DNA of 64,000 nt from Eledone cirrhosa (GCA_964016885.1 OZ024747.1:23808001-23872000), one strand, 5' to 3'; counted from the stretch's first letter, positions 22,801 to 37,800 are shown. Numbers and translations are program-made. Notes: generated by a model from the sequence alone, not told the origin.

Positions 22801-25800
22801 CTTGCAAAGTATATTTCTTGCCTCGCTTCTCTCCTTGCCATTAAGTAAAGCTCTCTGATACATCCATTTTGCTATTCCTTCCATGCCTGTCTCTTAGCCA
22901 TAGTTGTTTCATCCACCCTACTATTCCACCACCAAGTTGTTCTCTTACTCCCTGGACCCCTGCTCCAACCACATACCTCATTTGTAGCCTTCAGTAGATT
23001 ATCTTTCAGGAACTCACTGCTCCTCTGTATCATATGTTGCTATTTCTTCTTCCTTATTGTCAAAAGCATCAAGTAAGATATCTTTAAATTTGTTACAAGC
23101 TGAGGGCTACATTTTCCATATCTTTCTCCTCCAGATTGCCTTCTATCTTCTAGCTCCAATTAGTTATGCTGATAGGTGTATTCCTCACTTGGAAGGGACT
23201 TTGTGTTTACAACCATTGTCCTATCTTGCTTTCTGGTGAGAATGAAATTTATTTGGCTGATGTGTAAGTGATCAACTGATTGTCAGGTTTTTTGTTCATT
23301 AGTGTTACAGAATTCCAGGAGCCTGGATCCTTTATTTCCAGTACCTACCGTGCATCCCATAGAAGCCATCACTGTGTTGCTCAACATGTCCATTAAAGTC
23401 ACCTGCTCTGATTAATATAGTTCCTCACTCACTAGAGTAGTAGTATGTATTAGGGATTTGTAAAAGTCTTTCAATTTGTCTGGTAGTCCTGAAAGTGGTG
23501 CATATGCAGTTATAACTGTCACACATGCACTTGTTTTATCTAGGACTATTCTGACCTTAATGATTCTATCATTTACTCTATGTACTGAAATTACATTATC
23601 TACCCATTTTTCTGCTAAGTAATTATTTCCCACCCAGAAAAATTTGTAGCATCGTTCTTTCCCAAGGAGTCCAGTTGATTCCCCCCTGCACCTATACAAC
23701 ATTTGTAGCATCGTTCTTTCCCAAGGAGTCCAATTGATTCCCCCTGCACCTATACAACATTTGTAGCATCGTTCTTTCCCAAGGAGTCCAGTTGATTCCC
23801 CCTGCACCTATACAACATTTGTAGCATCGTTCTTTCCCAAGGAGTCCAATTGATTCCCCCTGCACCTATACAACATTTGTAGCATCGTTCTTTCCCAAGG
23901 AGTCCAGTTGATTCCCCCTGCACCTATACAACATTTGTAGCATCGTTCTTTCCCAAGGAGTCCAATTGATTCCCCCTGCACCTATACAACATTTGTAGCA
24001 TCGTTCTTTCCCAAGGAGTCCAGTTGATTCCCCCTGCACCTATACAACATTTGTAGCATCGTTCTTTCCCAAGGAGTCCAGTTGATTCCCCCTGCACCTA
24101 TACAACATTTGTAGCATCGTTCTTTCCCAAGGAGTCCAGTTGATTCCCCTCTGCACCTATACAACATTTGTAGCATCGTTCTTTCCCAAGGAGTCCAATT
24201 GATTCCCCCTGCACCTATACAACATTTGTAGCATCGTTCTTTCCCAAGGAGTCCAGTTGATTCCCCCCTGCACCTATACAACATTTGTAGCATCGTTCTT
24301 TCCTAAGGAGTCTAGTTGATCCCCTCTGCACCTATACAACATTTGTAGCATCGTTCTTTCCCAAGGAGTCCAGTTGATTCCCCCTGCACCTATACAACAT
24401 TTGTAGCATCGTTCTTTCCCAAGGAGTCCAGTTGATTCCCCCTGCACCTATACAACATTCATTTCAAAGAAAATGTTTTTTCATGTTTTTGCTCATAATT
24501 TATACTTTTAAAATCTAACAAAAATATTTTATATTTTGATAAAAAAAAAAAACAAGAATGTAACTAAAGGTAGTTATGACATGTCACAAGGTATTATGAC
24601 AGGTCACTTTGAAGTGTTTTATAAATTTATTTGTCATTTACTAGTGTATAGTTATCTAAAATAAGTTACTGTTTTAGCCTGATCACTTTGATAGAAAAGT
24701 CAACAGTTTAGCTTTAACCCTTTCATCATATTTCTAAATACACTGAATTAATTAATGAAAAATTTAGTAATTTACAAAAATTATTTCAAGATTAAGATAG
24801 TAACTTAACACATGGTTCTTATACAAAATTATGTTGGAATATTTTAATAGGAAGTCTTTTTTTTTATGGAACAGTTTGGTATCAAAAGGATTAAGCATTT
24901 CATGACTGTTTCTAATACACTCTATTTTGAATACTTAATGAAGAATTTTGAGGGATTCAATAAAATTGTTTCATTTCTAAGATAAACTTAATAAATCGTT
25001 CTTATATATTACAAGATTATTACTTAAACTATAGCAGAAAAATCACCCTTCGGGTGGTTTTCTGCTAGCACATGTAGTGTGCATATTGATATTATACACA
25101 AAATGATGCATAAAATAAAATTGTAATTGACAATATCCACAGAAATTGAACGAAGACTGCGTATACTGTCTTATGTAATCAGTAACGTAATCCATGATAC
25201 ATTAAAAAAAGACGATATTATATATAAACTGCATAAGGAGAAAATTAGTGACGGAAATATATGAATGTTTATTTAAGCGATCGCTAACCGGAAGTGTTGA
25301 CATTTGAAAATTTTAAAGAAGTGAATCTTAAAATAAACAACAAAATTATTTATATTTAATCAAGAATAACAAAATTTAGTAGATAACTTATGTAATATTC
25401 ATTCATTATTTATTCAAAGTAATCCAACTTATTTTACAAATGAGATAAAAAAATATACTCTGGACGCAGTCCCGCACTCCTTACTTTATAATAGTTTAGA
25501 TACTCTTTAAAATCTGTGGTTTTGTTTCACAGAACTAGAATTCGTTTTGGCTAGGTTGGTATCAGATGTGTTAAGTAGAATTTGCCATTAACTCTTGTTA
25601 AATGAAAAAAAAAAAAATTACATTATTTAATTCTTTTGTTACCATATTTCTGATGAAATGCATAGTTCATGATAATAATTAATTTGGATGAATTTAGTAA
25701 TTCAATTGTTAAATATGTAGTGAATTCTTATAAACCTCTCACTTCCCAGAGTATCCTGAGTTTAAACATACTTCAACCTGGTTTAGGATTTTAAAGTTGG

Positions 25801-28800
25801 AATGATGTAGTGAGATATCTAAAACCTGACCATATTTTGTAGTGTTGTTTAATGCTTTGAAACCACCAGCCTGGTATTCTGGTCCCTATTATATTTTACT
25901 ATACCCATTAGCTTAATATTCTGGTGACAATGACTATATCTCACCATTACAGTTTTCCAGTCTCAACAATATTTATATCCCACCTGCTTTATTCCCATGT
26001 CAATGTCTGACTATATATAAGCATCTCAGTATATCAGTACCAACAACGTTCGACTGTATCCCACTATTCAGGTTTTCTAGTTCCAACAATGTTGGACTCC
26101 ATCCCAGTATTCTAGTTCCAAAACTGTTTGACTATACCCCACTATTTACAACTGTTATTTATCCCACTTTCTACACAAATTAGCAGTCTTTTTATGTCAT
26201 TGCTTTAGCCTGTGTTCTTTAGTAAGGCACTACTGTGATTTTGTTGTTTTTACATTTATTATTTTATCAAGTATAACACTTTTGTTAGCATATTTCTATT
26301 GAAAAACTGAAAATCAAGAATTTAGTAAAATGATTTGCCTATTCAATATACACGAAGTTAATGGACTTGTATACTACATAATTATTCAATATAAATTGGG
26401 AACAGGCATGTTTTATAGTTGGAGTTGACAAATCTTGGAATGCCTGTCAGCTGTGCTGCTTTAGCTTGTTCTTGGTGTTGCATGCAGTCTTGTTGGTGAC
26501 TCTCAACTGCACCTCAGAAAATATAGTCCAGAGGATTGCAGTCTGGAGAGTTAAGAGGCCAGATGTCTGAGTTGACAAAGTTGTCTGAGAGCCATTTTTA
26601 AGTCTTCCTGGCCATTTGTGCAGTTGCAGAATATTGCTAGAACACGTAATGTCATCTCCCTGCCACATCGTCAATCCAGGGTTTCATTTCAGTCTCCAGA
26701 ACCCCATAGAAGACATTCTGGTTCTCCTCCAGGCCCACATTAAAGATGTGAGAGCACATATGTGCATCACTGCTGATCACACCAAAAACCATATGGACAG
26801 GAAACTTGATTTTCATGTCCCCGAGGACATGATAACCACCTGTTATTCTACTTGTTCTGACAAAAATGTTTTTCATTTGAGAAAAACCATATGTTTGATT
26901 CGAGGGGATGCTTCAATTTGTTCAACAGCTTCTTGACCCTCTTTATGAGTTTTTTTTTTTAACTTCTGAGTGAGCTGTTCTTGAATATTTGTAACGACGA
27001 CTTCATTCACACATATCCTAACAGTCTTCTCATAACAATCACATATCCTAACAGTCTTCTCATAACAATCACATATCCTAATGGCAGGGTCTTCCTCAAT
27101 GAACTACTCAACTCTCTGGATGAAATCAGCATCCCTCATCCTTTGTTTATTGTGATTGAATTTTTCTCGCAGCCACGGAGTTAAGTTACTGTCCTCTAAC
27201 TCCTTCCTCAATCTCTGAACTGTGGCCTCGTTATTCATTCCGGCGCAAACTGCATACACTACTGCCATACTTTTTCACTTTTCGGGGGTTTACCCTTTTT
27301 TTTTTTTTATTTAGCCAGTTACAATATGAAAGGAAAGGAATATCAGTTTCCAGCTTTCAAAATAGTATTTTATTTTTTTTTAAAAAAGAGGTGCCAATTT
27401 AAAAATCTGCACCCTTTGTGTGTCTGTATACACACTCAATGAACAAAAGACCAAGGTTAACAACTTAATTCATTCTTTAATTTCTACATCCATTTCAATA
27501 CAGTTACAATAGTAAATGGATATGCAAACAATTGGAGATAATTATCAATTATTAGCACCATACATAATACACATAACTGTATTTCTTCAGGAAAATATCA
27601 GTAGGAATTATTTAACAGGCGACAATGATGAAATCAACTCAGCCATACTACAAAAATAAAAAAAAACACTGCTTTACTAAAATTGAATTTACTGAGTGAA
27701 GTAAAATATTATAATCCCTTTAAAATGAGTTATAAACCTAATATGAATGCAGCCAATTTAACTCTCTACACAAACTGTATATTATGACCAGATTAATATT
27801 AGTGGTAATTGATGTATCCTTCGTATTTTCATCCTTATGGGCTCGATAAAACAAAGTACCAGTAATACACTGATATATAATTGCTGGCCTTGTGCCAAAA
27901 GTAGAAACATTTATGTAAAATACTAATAATGCACTGGGATAATTGCTGGCCTTGTGCCAAAAGTAGAAACAGTTATTTATGTAAAATGCGAACTGCTAAC
28001 TATTGCTTCTTAAATGATTTCTACTCCTGCAAATCCAACAACAAATATTATTTTAACTATATAATTGTTTCTACTTTAGGCACAAGGCCAGCAAATACCC
28101 AGTGTATTACTGGTACTTTTAACTATATAATGAAAGTTAATAATAACATTGTAAATATTAGATAAGTAATGCTTTTTACCGAAACCTACTTGCTACTGCA
28201 TCATAATTTCCACTCCTGCAAGTTTTATGATAAATATTATTCTAACTGTATAAAGATAAATAATTAATAACATTGTAAATGATAATGACAGAAGGATTTG
28301 TGCTATAATTTTGCATGGTCAAACAACTTGATGTACAAAATGTTTTGTTTATTGCTTTACACTCATGTTTGGTATGAAGTCTGTTTTTAATACTATTTGA
28401 ACTTGGTTAACTTCTGTTTCTTCTCAAATTTTCCTGGAGAAATGCAATTATGTGTATTATGTATGGTGTTATTAATTGATAATTATTTCCAATTGTTTGC
28501 ATATGCATTTACTATTGTAACCATATTGAAATGGATGTAGAAATTAATATGATTTATATATTGAAATGACATTGCTGTGTATTTTCATTCTAACAGGAAA
28601 ACCGGCCTAGTCCAGATCCTGACTCAGCTGAAGAGAACTCTGAATCATGTGACACTGTTTCTCCCGATGCCCTTATCAAGCACCCATTGCAATTCAGATG
28701 GGCTTTATGGTTTTACAAAAATGATAAAACCAAAACTTGGGTTTCCAATTTGAAATTAGTGACAAAATTTGATACTGTTGAAGATTTCTGGTCGTAAGTA

Positions 28801-31800
28801 AAATGTTTTTAATATTTGGTAATTCCTATTTAATTGAGAGTAAGATGGTGAAAGTGTATGGCCTAGTTATTAGAATGTTGGGCTCATGATCATAAGGTTG
28901 TGAGTGGGTGGTACATTGTATCCCTGAGCAAGACAGTTTATTTCATGTAGCTCCAGTCGACTCAGTTGGTAAAATTGAATTGTGATGTCACTGTCGTCAA
29001 GATGTATTTGCCTTTTCCTTTGACAACATCAGCAGTGTGGAGAAGAGAGACTTACATGTGACTGCTTCCACAAAGCACTTTGTCTGGGCTTGTGCCTCTA
29101 AACATTTTCCAAATGCAGTCATGATTGAAGTGGGCTTTTTTATGGTAAGATGTAGAAAGTACTTGGCCATGTGCTACATACACCAACAAGCAGACCAATG
29201 GAAATCTGTTGAGTGTAAACAGGGAAGGACAGAAGATAAAGCAGACCTGTCAAGACTTGGTTGTTTGTGGAGAAAGACCTGACAGATGTCTGGCCTTGTG
29301 ACAAGGTGGGTGGAGATCTTGATGCCTGATGCTTCACAGGGAACAGGAGGATATAAGAATAAAAATATCTAACAAAGCCTCATTTAACTTGTGAGTGGAA
29401 ATAAAAAAAAAAAAAAAGTACACATATTCTAAGGTGGGTAAAATTCTCGAGATCCATGGACGAGTTCTCTCCAGCGGTCTTTGTCCCTCATTATCGCTGC
29501 CGTGTCTGTCCTTAGGGCGTCAACATATGTTAACCTTGGTCTTCCTCTTCTAGTGTGTCCATGTAGGGGCTCCCAAAAGAGCACTGAGTGCAATGTCAAC
29601 TCTGGATGTTGGTGAGCATGTCCAGCTAACCTCAGTCTCCTCTGTGTCACTTTTGAGCCGACTTTTGGGATGCTCCCATACAGCTCTGAGTTTTTCATCC
29701 TCAGTGTATACTGATTAATGTTCAGAGCCATCCTCAGCATTCTCGTGTCGCACCCATCCACCATCTGAGTGAGTTTCTTGGTCAGTGTCCAAGTCTCAGA
29801 CCCATACAGCAGCACAGACTCCACTACAGCAATGAAGAGGCGGATTTTCAGGTCTTTACGAATATATAATACAATATGACACTTTTAAATTTAAATTTAG
29901 GTCCAGATATGGCTGTGTGGTTAAGCATTTGCTTTACAACTATGTATGAAAGTGCACGGACTACTGGTTTGGTTGTTAGACTTATGATCATTCAAAGTAA
30001 ACACATATTCGTATGCAAGATGATTCATTTTATAATAGGACGAAGGCTGTATCATTAAGACACCCAATAAACCTATCGGCTACAACCTTGTAAGAAGCAA
30101 GCTAAACCCTGCATAGATATTACTTGTAAATTTCATTTTATTTTTTCACAATCATGATTCTAGGTTCCGTCCCACCATATTTATACTGTATTTATTTGAC
30201 AGTTAATTTTATTTTTCTTCTTTTTCAGGTTATATAACCATGTTCAAAGAGCTAGCAAGATCCCATTTGGCTGTGATTACTCTATGTTCAAGGTAAAGCA
30301 TTACTCTTCTGTATTAACCCATTACCATATTATGGTTTCAGTCAGACTGTAGCCATGATCTAGCAATGTTTTAAAGGAATTTGGTTGTAGAAGGTGTCAT
30401 ACCAAAAGATTGGTGCAGTAGCATCATTGTCAACTGCTACAAAGGTAAAGGTGATGCACTAGATAGAGGAAACTATAGAGGTATAAAGCTGATGGACCAG
30501 GTCATGAAAGTAACAGAAAGAGTTATAGCACAGTTGATTAGGGACCAGGTGAAACTAGATGAGATGCAATTTGGGTTTGTACCAGGAAGAGGCACCATTG
30601 ATGCCCTCTTCCTTGTGAGGCAGTTACAGGAAAAGTACCTAGTTAAAAGTAAGCTACTCTACCTGGCATTCGTCGATCTTGAGAAAGCCTTTGACAGAGT
30701 TCCGCGTGCTATAATCTGGTGGGCTCTTAGAAAACTAGCAGTAGATGAATGGTTTGTGAAAACTGTACAAGTAGGGGAGCAGTCAGCAAAGTTAGGATTA
30801 GCAATGAGTATAGCGAGGAATTTAGCGTACAAGTTGGTGTCCACCAGGGCTCTGTTCTTAGCCCTCTCCTGTTAATCATAGTCCTGCAGGCAATAACGGA
30901 GGAGTTTAAGACCGGATGCCCATGGGAACTCCTGTATGCAAATGACCTCGCACTTATAGCTGAACCTATGGTAGAACTCGAGAAGAAATTCCAAACTTGG
31001 AAGCAGGGATTAGAAAGAAAGGGTCTCAAAGTCAACCTGACAAAGACTAAGGTCCTTGTAAGTAGACGAGAATACAGAACCCAGATCCCCTCAGGGAAAT
31101 GGCCTTGCTCAGTATGTAGGAAAGGTGTAGGTAGGAACTCCATTCTCTGCCCCAAATGCAAACAATGGGTACACAAGAGATGTAGCGGGATCTCAGGAAG
31201 CTTAATTAAGAATGTAGGCTTCACATGTAGCAGCTGTGCTGGGACAGCAAGCAGCAAACAGCCACAGGAAACAAGTACCACCAATCTCTGGGAGGGCTCT
31301 GTAGAAACAGTAGACATCTTCTGCTACCTAGGTGACCGAATTAGCAGCGGAGGTGGGTGTTCAGAAAGTACAATAACTAGGGTAAGAACGGGATGGAAGA
31401 AGTTCGGGGAACTACTGCCACTGCTAGCTGCAAAAGGCTTCTCCCTCAAAATGAAAGACAGACTGTATGATGCGTGTATCCGAACAGCAATGTTAATGGT
31501 AGTGGGACCTGGGCGCTGAAGGTTGAAGACGTACGTAGATTAGAAAGAAACAAAGCCTGCATGCTCCGATGGATGTGTAACAGTAATATACGTGAACGAC
31601 AAAGCATAAATGAATTGAGAGAGAGACTGAGCATAAGAGGAATCAAATGCTGTGTGCAGGAGAGGCGGTTGCGTTGGTATGGACATGTGATGCGTATAAA
31701 GGATGACAGCTGCATAAAAAGGTGCAGAGCACTAGAAGTCAATGGAAACCGCGGAGTGGCGAGACTCAAGAAGACCTGGGATGAGGTGATAAAAGCCGAC

Positions 31801-34800
31801 CGTACCCAATTACACCTCTCAAAGGCGATGACACACGACCGTGACCTCTGGCGTCGCGCAGTAATACAGAGTACCCGACCTCCCATGGATACAAGCTGAA
31901 ACATATAGACAATATGCCCCCACACCCTCCCACTGCAAAGTGGTCGTTGAGGTGCCACGGCGTAAAAGGCACCCAGCACTCACTGTAAATGAGGTTGGTG
32001 TTAGGAAGGGCATCCAGCTGTAGAAATCAAGCCAAAATCAGTTCCTGTATGAGCAAGGCATGGTCAGCCGACCAGACACTGCCCACAACAGGACAACCCG
32101 TCTAACCCATGCTAGCATGGAAGAACGGACATAAAATGGTGATGATGATATCGATCTCTTTTGTCAAACTGCTAAATAAGGAAATATAGACACATGAGCT
32201 TCTGCTGTTTATGTCTACCAGAGCATTAGTTAACCAAAGGCTGTAGCAGATATTTATCCAGGGTGCTACTCAGCGGAAATAAACTGCAAACCATTTAGTT
32301 ATGAAGTTTGTGCCTGCATCCTGCCTATGAGTGTTCAACTAAGTTTGATAATTAGCAAAAATTTAGAGAAATTTAGAAAAATCATTTTAGAGCATAGCCT
32401 AACAAAATATCCTTAACAGAATTAGGATGAAAGGTTTAAATTGAAATATAAACACTTTAAAACTGTTTTGAACCAGGGGCAGTTTTAAACAGTTTGGTTT
32501 CAAAATGGTTAAATTTTTAAGCACTCTGATTTCTATAAGCTCCAATGATAGTAATCTGTCTTTGCTTCACAGTCATGTAGTTTCAGGTTCTATCCCTCTT
32601 CATGACACCTTGGTCAAGTCTTTTCTAATATAGCCGCAAGCTAACCAATACTTTCTGAGTGAATTTGATATATGGAAGTTTGTGTGCGTTTGTCTCTAAT
32701 GCAGGTGGTGATATCTGCTTATGTCCTGTAGCTCAGTGGTTTGATGTGTGAAAATCAGCACCTCATCATTGTTTTACACGTTTTCCATACTAGCATGGGT
32801 TGGACGGTTTGTTATGTTGAGAGACTAGATAAAACATGACCACATTTTGCTTATATGTTCTATTTTGGCATGGTTTCTGCATCTGTATGCCTTTCCTAAT
32901 AGTGTACTGGGTACAGCTCTACCATTTTACTGAGTGCACTTTGTGACACTATCACTTTACAGTATAGTGTGTGCATTATATTGTGGCACCACCACTTCAC
33001 ACAGAATGTACTGGATGCATTTTATCATGGCACCAGCACTAAAACTTTGCAGGATGTGGTGGACTAGCCTCCTATCCAAAGAAGAGTCTTCTACTCAGTT
33101 ACTTAATTCCAATGAAACTGGGATGAGCCCCCAGGCTTGGGACAGTGTTTAAATTTTTTTTTATGCCCTAGCTAAAACAACCTCCAGCACTAAATATGTT
33201 AAGTAACAAAGCCACCATTTCTAACAAGTTCTGATCAGTTAGTAGGTGTTCCTGCTGCTAACTTAACTCCTGTGTACACCATCTACCACACCTAACATCC
33301 TACTTCTCTCTTGTCAATCTGCCAGAAATCTCATTCCACCTGTTATGTACTCCTTTCACTGAATGCAAATTATTGAGTTCCTACCTACTCTTCATATATA
33401 TATATGAAGCAATGGCACTGGGAATGTTAGACTCATAGCATCACACATATGTAACATTTATCTACACATACACATAGTTTCTCTCCGCCCACATAGCATA
33501 TATATCTACAACCATGCAACATATTTATCTACACCCAGATGTGGCTGTGTGGTTAAGAAGTTACTTTGCAACCATGTGTTAGTTTCTATTCCAATGTATG
33601 GCACCTTGTGCATGTTTCTTTTATGATAGCCTTGGAATTGACCACTGCCTTGAGTGAATTTGGTAGATGGAAACTGTACAAAGCTTTGTGTTGTGTATGT
33701 AATACACACAAACATCCACCCATGCATACATATATACCTTCAAAACTAACTGTTGGATTGTGTAGGGTGGTAGGACTGGGTGAGCTCCTTTTATTACTGT
33801 ATTATTTTTAATGAGAGACTACCTTCACTTTCGACAGGCACTTAACTGGATGGTGACTGCTTGCACATTGGTGTTTCCCTGAGACTCTGCCTCCAGATTC
33901 TTTAGCCTCACAAATGTCACTGCAGTTCTGCTGTGGATTATTTTGGTCTCCACTGTCATGCCATTATAGTGTTAGCTGCCTCCCATTCCATGCTGCTCTC
34001 AACAAGATCATAAAGCATGGCCTGGACAGCGCAGGCTTCCCTTCACAGTTCAAGCTAGTGGAACTGGACTGATGGGACTACAGAAGGCCAGACAACATAA
34101 CAATCTTCCCGGGAGGCTACATGTTGTGACACCTTCTCTAGCAGCAACCTGGTGCATTTGACTACCAGCCCAGTCTTTGCTGCCCACCAGGTTGAAGAGG
34201 GCAAAGTATCAGCTGCTCTCTGATGGGTTTATGCATGTGGCAGTGGGAACTTTCGGTGTTCTTGACCCCCGAGCACATCTCTATCATAGTGGAGTTGGCT
34301 GTCTGCAGGTGTGAGCCCTGAGAGGTGGAATGGCTGTTCCTGCATGTCTCCTAGCTGTCCTCTGGGAGCAATGTTGTTGTCTCCATCCTGTCAGCCGTTT
34401 ATGGTAGTGGCATATGGATTAGATGTAGTTCCATAAGGATGAATAGTAGGAAAGTGAAAACATTTAAACAATTTTTCTCATTATTAAGATGGTGTTTGAT
34501 GGCAGTTGGTTTACAGAATCTGGAGAGTGTTGGACAAAATGCCATGATATTCTGTTATGGCTCAAGGTCATTTTTTGGAGTTGATAAGACCAGTAAAGTA
34601 GTGGGTTCAATTTAATCAACTTTCTCCCTCATATTAATTGCTGGCGTGGTGCCTAAATTTGAAACCATTCAGCTGCTGTTTGGAACATAAATGGTTCTTG
34701 CATAAAGTTATAATAGACTGTTAGATAAAAATAAACTTTTAAAATAAAGTTTTGTAGAATAGACTTGGGGCAGTTTCAGGTGGTTTGGTGCCAATGGTGT

Positions 34801-37800
34801 TAAAACATGTAACTTATGTGATGTAGTTTCTCAAATGATCATAAAGCTAGCTATTCAGGTAGCTTTATAGATGGCCATAAATGTAGTTATTTCAGGTGAG
34901 ATGTGTTGATTCTATCATGTCATTAACAAACACAAATGGAGGAAAATGATTTGGATAAACTCGGGTGTTGCCACCTGCAATGCAGAGGACTGGCCTTATT
35001 TCTACAACACAAAATTGTTTTAAAGTGTTTATATTTATTGAAAAACCTTCCATCATAATTTTAAGAACCCTTATGTTCCAAATACAAGCTTAATGAAGAT
35101 AATTAAATCCCTTAAAATTCTTCATTATTTTTTCGAAGTTGACTTTGCCTTTCATCCTTACGGGGTCGATAAAATAAAGTACCAGTAATAAACTGGGTAT
35201 TTGTTGGCCTTGTGCCAAAAGTAGAAACAATTATTTTTTAAATTATTTGAAAATCAGGCAGTGTCTTTCATTGGAAATATAGTAACGAAAGGGTTGAAGT
35301 TTCTTACATAAAATTTAAGTTATCACTGAATATTTGTAGAAATATATGACTGACATATTAGTATTGTCTTGATCAAATTGTTGCCATTTCTTTCACCTAT
35401 CTGTCTCTGTGTAGGATGGTATCCAGCCTATGTGGGAAGATGAACAGAATCAGCGAGGTGGAAGATGGGTTATTAATCTTAACAGGCAACAAAGACCTAC
35501 AGATTTGGATCATTTATGGCAGGAAACGGTAAATATTAATCAATTTGTTCTTTTTTTCCTTCTTTAGATGCACCTAGTGCAGTCTGTAAGATGGGGGAGG
35601 ACCTCGGCCTGCCTATGGTCAGTGGCTCTGATTGAATACTGATTTGGTCTTCAACAAGCTGGCCAAGTCACACTGGCCTTATCAAGGATTGTAGCCACAC
35701 ACTGACCTTATCAATGACTACCTTCATGCTCTGCCTTACAAGAGTAAAGTAAATGGAACATGTGGAAAGGGAACTGGAGCGCATGGACTGAATAAAGAGG
35801 TACATGAAGGCAAACCCGTTGCTAAGGTCACGGGTTGTGATGAAAGACTTTTGACAAATTAATTGCTTAATTAAATAATTAACTACCATATTCTTCAGCG
35901 TATAAGACACACCTTTTTACTCCAAAATGCAATGTCAAATCCAGGTATGAATATGTTAAATATATATATGTATGCACAAGCTGTATATTAACTTTTTCTT
36001 TCTAACATTAAAAAGAAAAATTGATTAATAAAACTGAAGTAAAATACAACCAATGTGTGTTTTATTGGAAACATGACTCTTCCAAAGTACTATGTTTGAA
36101 CATAAAGAATTTTGTACAAAGAAAAATAAAAAAAAAAAATTGATTTGCCAATTTGGTTTTCTTGAATAGACATGATGGAGAGGTGCTGGCAAGAACATGA
36201 ACATTTTCTCTGAAATGATATTTATTTTATTTTCTAAAGTTACTATGTCTGATTGGTGAGGCTTTTGATGAAATGAGCTACATTGTATGTGGAGCTGTTG
36301 TTAGTGTCCGTGCCAAAGGTAACAAATTGGGGCTGTGGACAAGAGATGCAGGCAATAGTGAAGCAAATATTAAAATAGGGTAAGTATCTTTGTTTTTAAT
36401 AGTTAAACCTTCATGAATTAGACAATAGTTTTCAACATACATGAAATTTTTTTTTTAAATTCAGAAAAGCTGTCAAACTCCATATCTTGTTCTGCATACC
36501 ACATCACATATAAAAGGAGAAAACGCTAACCTCTGTCACATTCTTTTCCTGAAGGTCTTGAACATACCTGTTTTTTTAATAACTCAGAGGGAGAACAGTT
36601 AGCTCTGTAAGATGTGCACCCACTTACAAATCTGGAGTTTTCTGCATATTTAGTGTTTCTAAGTATTGTGTTAACTAAGCAATATATATAAAGTATTGAT
36701 CAAAGAAATATTTTGTACTGAAAAGTCCCAACTGTGAATGTTGAGATGGAAATTACCAAAAGGATTTAAAAAAAAAAAAAAAAAATCACTTCAGTGTTAT
36801 AACACCAAATCAATGCTGTAAAATGATTGCTGATTTGTGTAGGTGGTGATGTAAATAAGTATGGTAGAACAGGATATTGGTGTGTGCAAGTATATATATG
36901 TATATAGAGATTTATGTAGAATGTGTGAATAACAGGTGTGGCTGAACAGAATACTCAGTGTTAAAAAGCCCCCCTATCTCTCACTCATTGCTGTTACTGA
37001 CCCTTTTTCTAAAAAATCTTTCTTCTTATTAGACAAAAATTGAAAGAGAGACTTCATATACCAGCAAAAATTTCTATAGGATACCAGGTAATTCCTTCAC
37101 ATTTTATTATAAAATATAATAAAGTTAAACTTACTAAAATATTCCAAGTTGTAATTTGTAATGGAGTCTGAATGAATGAAAGTGGTCTCAGTTTATATGT
37201 ATTCCAGTTAAATTGTTTTAACATTTGAATAATTTATGCATCCAGTTTAGAAAAGGAACACCATATCGCTGTATGTTATAAGTGACTAAAAAGGGCATTA
37301 AGTTGTAAAACAATCTCAAAAAGGAACTTAGGATGAGTATGAAGCCTGTCATGGGATCTGCATGGCTAAGCTCTGCTTTAGCAAGGAGAATAGCCTTAAT
37401 TTTTTTACATCCTACATAAAGCCACATATAACTATCATGTATGTGCTTCCATGCTAGTATTTAAAAATTAGTCTTTACTCTAATACAGCAAATTTTTACA
37501 ATGATCTGTCTGTAAAAAGATCTATACATTTGAATTAAGAAGCCCACTTTTAAAAATTTTCTGCTAAATCATTACAGGTTAATATGCTTTTTCTTTGGTA
37601 GGACTACTGTGTGCACCCAATTTAGAATATGTACACCATATCCCTGCATGTTGTAAGTGGCAACAGTTAGTGCCAGTACTGGCATTCAACTGTAAAACAT
37701 TGTTTAAAAAGGACCCCATGAAGCAAAGCCAGCTCTAATTTAGCAGTAAAAATCTCGTATTGATTATTAACTGTAAAAGAAAATTATTTTTGTAGGTTTT

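Noticed and set aside
23642-24456. CRISPR-like regular repeat
   Set aside because: Units are contiguous with no unique spacers, derive from a LINE, and the context is eukaryotic.
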